Assembly: GCA_964630035.1 (NCBI GenBank)
Contig: CAZVSK010000002.1
Coordinates: 14,473 to 43,341 of the forward strand
Origin: an uncultured Candidatus Saccharibacteria bacterium
GTDB lineage: Bacteria > Patescibacteriota > Minisyncoccia > UBA6257 > GWB1-50-10
DNA length: 28,869 nucleotides
Direction: 5' to 3'
Made by a program: the position numbers and the translations under genes. Positions 23,673-28,869 of the stretch are shown one piece after another (the first letter of the stretch is position 1; the number at the start of each line of letters is the position of its first letter). The notes under the pieces are model-generated. The model was not told the origin of the DNA. It saw nothing but the letters and a program-made list of their open reading frames with translations, and ran no database searches.

Positions 23673-25076
23673 TCAGTAAAAAAACTTCTCAAGTATTACC
23701 CTAACTGCAAAAAAAATGAAAAATACAGATACTATTCCCATTGCAATATTCATTAACCACCCGGGACGAAGTTCGCGCGGAAGCTTTGTATTATTGATGT
23801 ATATAAGAAGCGGAGTGTAAATCGCCATTGTAAGTCCGCCCAAAACTGCAGAAATCATAAGAAGCGCGAGAGGTTGCTCCATTGGTACGAGAAAAGCTCC
23901 AGCAAGAACAACAAGAACAATGATTCCGTAATATAAGGTTCCAATAGAAAAATGTTCCGCCCATGAAAAAATTTTCTTCAGAGGCCCCACACGTGCATTA
24001 GTATAAATGATATCGCTCATCATGCGCGTTAGCGCATCAATAACTGTCCACATAACTGAAAAAAGCATTAGAAAAGCCATGATAAGAAAAAGAGAAAATC
24101 CAAATCCACCGAGGCGATTTCCGAAGATATGCGCCTGAACAACCGCAACATCCAACCCTTCTGGAACGAGTCCCATAGGTGTAAGAATGGCATATGCATT
24201 CACACTAAGCAGAATGAGAGTAATGGAACCAAGGAGAAGAAAAATAATCCCCTGATCAATTCTCATGAAACGCATCCATTTTTTCCAACGCGAAAGATTT
24301 TCTTTATTTGGTTCAAAATAAAAGCCTGTCGCGGAAACCGCTTCTTCTTTTCCCGTGATCGGATTCTCAATGCGTCCCGCATACGCTCCCATTCCCACTT
24401 TTTTATCCCTATACCACAAAGATATGCACAAATTAAGCATTCCTCCTGCGCCCGCAAAAACAATTGCGCTTAAAAGCGTATTTATATTTATATCGCTCGG
24501 TATGGTGCCTATATGTGAAAATCCCTTAATAACCTCCAACCAATGAACGGCGTCAACGTTAAAAACGGTAATAACTAATAACATTGCGAAAAATGTTGGA
24601 ACAATTAACTTAAGAGTTTTTTCCAAAACAACATACGCCACTTTTCCCAAAAAAGTGAAAAGGAGAACAAGACCAAGTGTAGCCCAAGCCCAACCGATAT
24701 GTGTTCCAAATCCAAAAAGTTCGCGGAGTGTCGTTCCGATCGCGCCCGCCCATCCGGGCCAAATATAAAGAATGAGAGCGGATAAAAACCAAAAAATTGG
24801 AGACCATTTCAAAATCCTTCCCGATGCGGTAAAAAATCCTTCACCGGTTGAAATCGCATAGCGCGCAATTTCATGATTGATAAAATATTGTGCTGTAATT
24901 CCCGCAATCGCGAACCACAAGAGATGAATTCCGTATTTGGTAACAAGATGTGGCCAAAGAATAAGTTCCCCTGTTCCCATTGCGAGCCCCATCACGACAA
25001 TACCAACACCGATCGCTTTTGCGATATTGGGCGCATGTGGCATCTCCTTTTTTTCATATTTTGGAAAATAATCCAT
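23673..25076 (-). CDS. Nramp-family (APC superfamily) transporter
   Basis: GIVVMGLAMGTGELILWPHL, INHEIARYAISTGE, WPGWA, FAGAGG and about 11 hydrophobic segments; substrate not determinable from sequence. Confidence 0.75.
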   Translation of the reverse strand: MDYFPKYEKKEMPHAPNIAKAIGVGIVVMGLAMGTGELILWPHLVTKYGIHLLWFAIAGITAQYFINHEIARYAISTGEGFFTASGRILKWSPIFWFLSALILYIWPGWAGAIGTTLRELFGFGTHIGWAWATLGLVLLFTFLGKVAYVVLEKTLKLIVPTFFAMLLVITVFNVDAVHWLEVIKGFSHIGTIPSDININTLLSAIVFAGAGGMLNLCISLWYRDKKVGMGAYAGRIENPITGKEEAVSATGFYFEPNKENLSRWKKWMRFMRIDQGIIFLLLGSITLILLSVNAYAILTPMGLVPEGLDVAVVQAHIFGNRLGGFGFSLFLIMAFLMLFSVMWTVIDALTRMMSDIIYTNARVGPLKKIFSWAEHFSIGTLYYGIIVLVVLAGAFLVPMEQPLALLMISAVLGGLTMAIYTPLLIYINNTKLPRELRPGWLMNIAMGIVSVFFIFFAVRVILEKFFY

Positions 25077-25179
25077 ATATAATTAAGTGTACACTTACGC
25101 GTTGATAGAGAAAAGTTTTGACACCTTAGAAAAAAATGGCGACAATACGAACAGAACATCAACAGAGGGAGAATGACAC

Positions 25180-25371
25180 ATGTCAAAAGAAACCCCTGAA
25201 CCGAAATGCCACTGCGGAGGATTTCTTATGCTAAGACTTGAGAAAGATGCAAAATATCCATATAGATGTGCTAAATGCGGAACGGAATATCAAACACCCC
25301 CGCCTTCATCTGCAAGTAATGCTGAAATATGGGATCTAATCAGAAAAATTCTCGGCGTGCGAAATGAATAA
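25180..25371 (+). CDS. Small zinc-ribbon protein
   Basis: CHCGG...YRCAKCG motif pair; SD GGGAG; promoter TTGACA-17-GACAAT upstream; terminator at 25372-25406. Confidence 0.65.
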   Translation: MSKETPEPKCHCGGFLMLRLEKDAKYPYRCAKCGTEYQTPPPSSASNAEIWDLIRKILGVRNE

Positions 25372-25405
25372 AAAAAACCGCCCTCATTTTAATCCGGGCG
25401 GATTT

Positions 25406-26992
25406 TTATACGACATCCTCCTTCTTCTGTCTTATGAAACCGTGGAAATTTTCAACAAATTGAACAAAAACCTGAAACGGGAGTTCAATCAGAAGATTAA
25501 TAAAAATCACAATTGGGTTGAAACGAGCAAGTCCGTCAATAATCACTCTACCTACCGCTACAAAAGGCATAATGAAAAGATCAAAAAGAAAAGTAAGTAC
25601 GTTTGTTTTCTTTTTTTCCAAACTCATTTCGTTCGCACGATGGTGTATGCGCACTCCCGCCGCCGCGACAAGAGAAATAAAAAAGACAAGTACAGCAACA
25701 TTTGCAATGTTGAAATCAAGAGGAATTAGAAGACGTGAAAATAAATAAAACACGCCGAAAAAGAGCGCAAAGTAAAATATATGTGAAACAATTTCTGCGG
25801 CCCATTTTTTCTTTTGGACGTCCATAATATAACCATGACCTTCGTGTCTGGGAAAAATCGCGGATTGTACTTCTTCAAAAACAAGGTTGAAATTAACTGG
25901 GCGGGGCATTTTTATGGAAAGCATGATAAAAAACATAAGCGCTGGGGGAACAACAACATTAAGCGCGGTGTGAAAAACAGAAAATGACCCAGTAAGCTTC
26001 ATTTCCACCGGAATCTCAATGAGAAGCACGATGAGTATTTTTGAAAGGAAAAAAGAAATAACGCTGAAAAATCCTATTCTCTTCAATTTCTTTTTCGCCG
26101 CAACAAAACGAGCGACATAAGTCTCTTTTACTTTTTCTTCCAAAGATGCGGGATTTTCGGCAATTTCCGTAAATTCTTTGAATCCACCCGCACGAATAAT
26201 AACGTCCGCAATCACGTTAAAAACAATCGCATATCTCCCACATGTTTTTGAAAAATGTTTTGTGAGTGGATGGTGTAAAATACTTTTTATTTTTCTCCTT
26301 ATCGCAGGAATGTATCCGCCAATTCTCGGACATTCTTCCAAAGTCATTGCGTCCCAATCTGGATAAAGAAACTTTAGTAAAAGATAATTGAGATGGTCTT
26401 CATCAACCTTGAGTGTGGTACGGAGAACCGCTGAAAAAAGAAGTTCGCTGATGTCTTCGTTGCGAAGTTCAGCTCCGCGTATCACAATTCGCTCTTTCAT
26501 TGTTCTGAACATAATATCCGCAATAAGACGCTCGCGGAGAGGAGGAAATAGTCTTTCTTCAATTGAACTCGCTGTGATGGAAAAAAGCCAATCAAGTCTT
26601 TTTTTGTATTTTTTCTTATCTTGCGAGGGAATATATCGGCTGAGAACAATGTGTTTGTCTATAATGTTCTGTATTTCATTTGCAACTGTTTCTGGAATTT
26701 TGTCGTTCGGAAGATGCCCAGCTCGTATGATTTCTTTCACAAGCATTTCACCCACCCCGTCTCCGTCCTGCTTTAGAAGAAGCCGCCTTCGTAGAACTCG
26801 GTTAATAAATCCTCTCCTGATGAGATGATCCTCTTTGAAATCAATGACATTTCTCGTTTTTTCGTAAAAACTTGCCACCTGTGAAGCAACTTCGTCTGTG
26901 TGAAGTACCGGAACGTTTTCCGGATATTCTAAAACGGTTTTGGCGTTTTTCTCATATTCTTTTATTGCTCTTTCAAGAGTGTGTGAAATCAT
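25406..26992 (-). CDS. Hypothetical membrane protein with large N-terminal soluble domain
   Basis: 528-aa ORF with about 300 aa of helical soluble region, then hydrophobic segments, ending in an amphipathic FVQFVENFHGFIRQKKE. Confidence 0.75.
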   Translation of the reverse strand: MISHTLERAIKEYEKNAKTVLEYPENVPVLHTDEVASQVASFYEKTRNVIDFKEDHLIRRGFINRVLRRRLLLKQDGDGVGEMLVKEIIRAGHLPNDKIPETVANEIQNIIDKHIVLSRYIPSQDKKKYKKRLDWLFSITASSIEERLFPPLRERLIADIMFRTMKERIVIRGAELRNEDISELLFSAVLRTTLKVDEDHLNYLLLKFLYPDWDAMTLEECPRIGGYIPAIRRKIKSILHHPLTKHFSKTCGRYAIVFNVIADVIIRAGGFKEFTEIAENPASLEEKVKETYVARFVAAKKKLKRIGFFSVISFFLSKILIVLLIEIPVEMKLTGSFSVFHTALNVVVPPALMFFIMLSIKMPRPVNFNLVFEEVQSAIFPRHEGHGYIMDVQKKKWAAEIVSHIFYFALFFGVFYLFSRLLIPLDFNIANVAVLVFFISLVAAAGVRIHHRANEMSLEKKKTNVLTFLFDLFIMPFVAVGRVIIDGLARFNPIVIFINLLIELPFQVFVQFVENFHGFIRQKKEDVV

Positions 26993-27134
26993 ATCAAGAA
27001 AAAGAGGGTGTTTTGTACCCCTTTCCCATACTTTTTATACTATCACTGGTTTACATGAATTCCAAATATTCCTCATAAAAAGCTCGTGCTGTATAATAAA
27101 AGTAGAATTATAAAAATAAAAAAGGAGGATCTGC

Positions 27135-27539
27135 ATGCCTAAGAAAAAGCGTGCTCGGAGAAGAAGAGAAACAATCGCCGAAATACAATCGTGCATACGT
27201 AAAAAATCTCTTGAGTGTTCAATGAATTCACTTAACATTGGGCTCGCGCGTGAAGACATTGTTCTTCTTGCGCTTCAAGAGATGAAAAGAGATAAACTCA
27301 TCCGCGATTACATTCCAAGTGCTCGCCTCGGAAAAGCCGACCTTGCCGGAATAGATTTCACAGTGATTGCGGTTAAAAAGAAATATGAAACAATATATAT
27401 ATCCGTCACAGGACCAAAATGGGTTTCTTATCATAAAGAAAAACATCCCAACATTCCCGTTCTTGCTGTGGAAAAAGATGACACTCTACAGATTATAAAA
27501 AAGAAGATCCTCGCGATCGTATACCATTCCGAAAAATAA
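27135..27539 (+). CDS. Hypothetical protein, possibly PD-(D/E)XK-like fold
   Basis: SD AAGGAGG; DLAGIDFTVI...YISVTG loosely resembles a degenerate nuclease core; terminator at 27538-27569. Confidence 0.55.
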   Translation: MPKKKRARRRRETIAEIQSCIRKKSLECSMNSLNIGLAREDIVLLALQEMKRDKLIRDYIPSARLGKADLAGIDFTVIAVKKKYETIYISVTGPKWVSYHKEKHPNIPVLAVEKDDTLQIIKKKILAIVYHSEK

Positions 27540-27579
27540 AAAACGCTCATAAATAATAGAGCGTTTTTTAATATATGGA

Positions 27580-28287
27580 TCAAAAAAGAGAAAGAAACAT
27601 GGAAATCTCAACTGATTCCCCTATTCCGAGCCGGCGTCCATCTTTTGACAAAATCGGTTCAACACAAAAATATCGCTCTGGATCGTCGCTCCATAAAACT
27701 ACATGAGATTTTTTTGAAAAATTACCTTCTAATCTCATTGCAATTCTTTTTCCGTTTTCTTCAATCACAAGTGCAGAACTTCGTATCTCAAATGCCTTTG
27801 AGTGTTCCGAAAATCCGGAATAATTTCCCAAACCAGAAACAACGAGAATATCATCAGAGTATCCGGAAAAATATGGATGAAATCCCGGATTGATAAATGC
27901 GCGATCAAAAAGACCGTCGTTTGGACGCTCAATTTTGAGAGAAACGGAAAGCATCCCTTCACGGACAATTACATTCACTTCGTGCATTAAAGACCAAGGA
28001 TAATCCGGCGTACCAGCACAATCAAAAAGCATTTGTATTGAATTATATCCTTGTCCAATTATTTCTGTCGCTTCTATGTCGCGAAGGTACCCGTGTTTCT
28101 TTTCTCCAAATTCTGGCACAAGACCAAAATAAGGTGAACAAATTGGGCACCCGCCTCTTGCTTTTCCGTTTTTCTCGACAAAATACGGAAAAAGAATATC
28201 TCTTCCGTCTACATTAAAACTCAACACTGTCCCCCCAATGGTTGAAACAACCGCTTTGGTCTTACCACATTTCAAGGTGTAGTCCAT
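27580..28287 (-). CDS. Aldose 1-epimerase / galactose mutarotase-like protein
   Basis: RGGCPICSPYFG, KHGYLR, NPGFHPYF, FCVEP motifs; SD AAGGAGG. Confidence 0.8.
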   Translation of the reverse strand: MDYTLKCGKTKAVVSTIGGTVLSFNVDGRDILFPYFVEKNGKARGGCPICSPYFGLVPEFGEKKHGYLRDIEATEIIGQGYNSIQMLFDCAGTPDYPWSLMHEVNVIVREGMLSVSLKIERPNDGLFDRAFINPGFHPYFSGYSDDILVVSGLGNYSGFSEHSKAFEIRSSALVIEENGKRIAMRLEGNFSKKSHVVLWSDDPERYFCVEPILSKDGRRLGIGESVEISMFLSLF

Positions 28288-28395
28288 TCACCCCTCCTTT
28301 TTATTTGTTAATAAAATGATACTAAAAATACGATACAACAACAAAAAGAGTGCGTCAAACACACCAATATATAATCACCAACCACACATCTCTTC

Positions 28396-28435
28396 TTTAA
28401 CATTCCAACATTCTGCAGAATGTTGGAATGTTAAA
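28396..28435. repeat. Perfect 40-bp palindrome, copy 1 (overlaps the HTH stop codon)
   Basis: TTT-AACATTCCAACATTCTGCAGAATGTTGGAATGTT-AAA. Confidence 0.95.
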
Positions 28436-28697
28436 AACGCCTCATAAACTTTGAAAATAATTCACCGTACGGAGAGAGCGTGTGTATAACTTGCCTTCCC
28501 CTATATTGCTTGTTCAACAAACCAGCACGAACAAGCTGATGTGTATGTTGGGAAATTGTTTTAAAATTTCCATTAAGAGTATCCGCAATTTGTTCAACCG
28601 TAAGACCGCTTCTCTTTTCAATCAACAAAATAATTTCAATGCGCCAATGATTTGCCGAGCCCTTAAAATACCTCTCAAGTTGTTTTGACGTTTTCAT
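28431..28697 (-). CDS. ArsR/SmtB-like winged-helix DNA-binding protein
   Basis: FKGSANHWRIEIILLI, LTVEQIADTL..NFKTISQHTHQLVRAGLL (HTH), wing RGRQVIHTLSPYG; start ATG 28697, 6 nt after TATAAT. Confidence 0.85.
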   Translation of the reverse strand: MKTSKQLERYFKGSANHWRIEIILLIEKRSGLTVEQIADTLNGNFKTISQHTHQLVRAGLLNKQYRGRQVIHTLSPYGELFSKFMRRF

Positions 28698-28707
28698 ATC
28701 TTTATTA

Positions 28708-28747
28708 TACAACATTCCAACATTCTGCAGAATGTTGGAATGTTGTA
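28708..28747. repeat. Perfect 40-bp palindrome, copy 2 (overlaps the HTH promoter)
   Basis: TAC-AACATTCCAACATTCTGCAGAATGTTGGAATGTT-GTA; the 34-bp core is identical to copy 1. Confidence 0.95.
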
Positions 28748-28856
28748 ATTGGGGGAAAGAGAGAGAAAAAAGGGGTGTGTTGATTTTGTATGTAGTTTTT
28801 TTGTATACTTACTTATGTGATTTTGTAACGCAAAATCGCTTTAAAACTTAATATAT

Positions 28857-28869
28857 TCCGGAGTAGCTC
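28857..28869 (+). tRNA. Probable 5' end of a tRNA gene (Asn-like), cut by the window edge
   Basis: TCCGGAG-TA-GCTC fits acceptor 5' strand, T8A9 and D-stem; TATACT box and a hairpin upstream. Only 13 nt are visible. Confidence 0.4.

Noticed and set aside
25364-25729. 121-aa plus-strand ORF overlapping the zinc-ribbon stop
   Set aside because: It starts across a terminator and is antisense to the 3' end of the 528-aa membrane gene; its Lys/Asn-rich composition mirrors the hydrophobic codons on the other strand.
28396-28747. CRISPR array
   Set aside because: Only two repeats, separated by a 272-bp protein-coding interval rather than a 30-40 nt spacer, and no cas genes in the window.

Overview
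AT-rich bacterial chromosomal window read with genetic code 11. Gene content and style fit Patescibacteria (Parcubacteria/CPR); this is an inference from the FKBP-less trigger factor, stand-alone RRM protein, ATP-cone/restriction-endonuclease protein, Cys-rich surface proteins and many ORFans. Left to right: a parA/soj gene with a long acidic tail running off the left edge; a dense RNA-gene block (1170-1999); a minus-strand run nth-rsmE-two MacB-type permeases-ABC ATPase-MacA-type adaptor-hpf-hisS; a GT2 glycosyltransferase; an RRM protein; a Cys-repeat exported protein; tig; truB; a queuosine-salvage (Qng1/DUF2419-like) hydrolase; an LpxH-like phosphoesterase; a GNAT; rlmH; a DUF333 protein; an Nramp-family transporter; a 528-aa membrane protein; a mutarotase-like protein; and a small ArsR-type HTH gene, followed by what looks like the start of a tRNA at the right edge. 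Two signals stand out. (1) A promoter-to-terminator non-coding unit (about 1964 to 1507, minus strand) is tiled by five tRNA-sized structured modules, one tRNA with an aberrant anticodon loop, one truncated mini-tRNA and three more diverged folds. (2) The ArsR-type HTH gene is bracketed by two perfect 40-bp palindromes that share an identical 34-bp core. All calls come from reading motifs by eye; no database searches were run.
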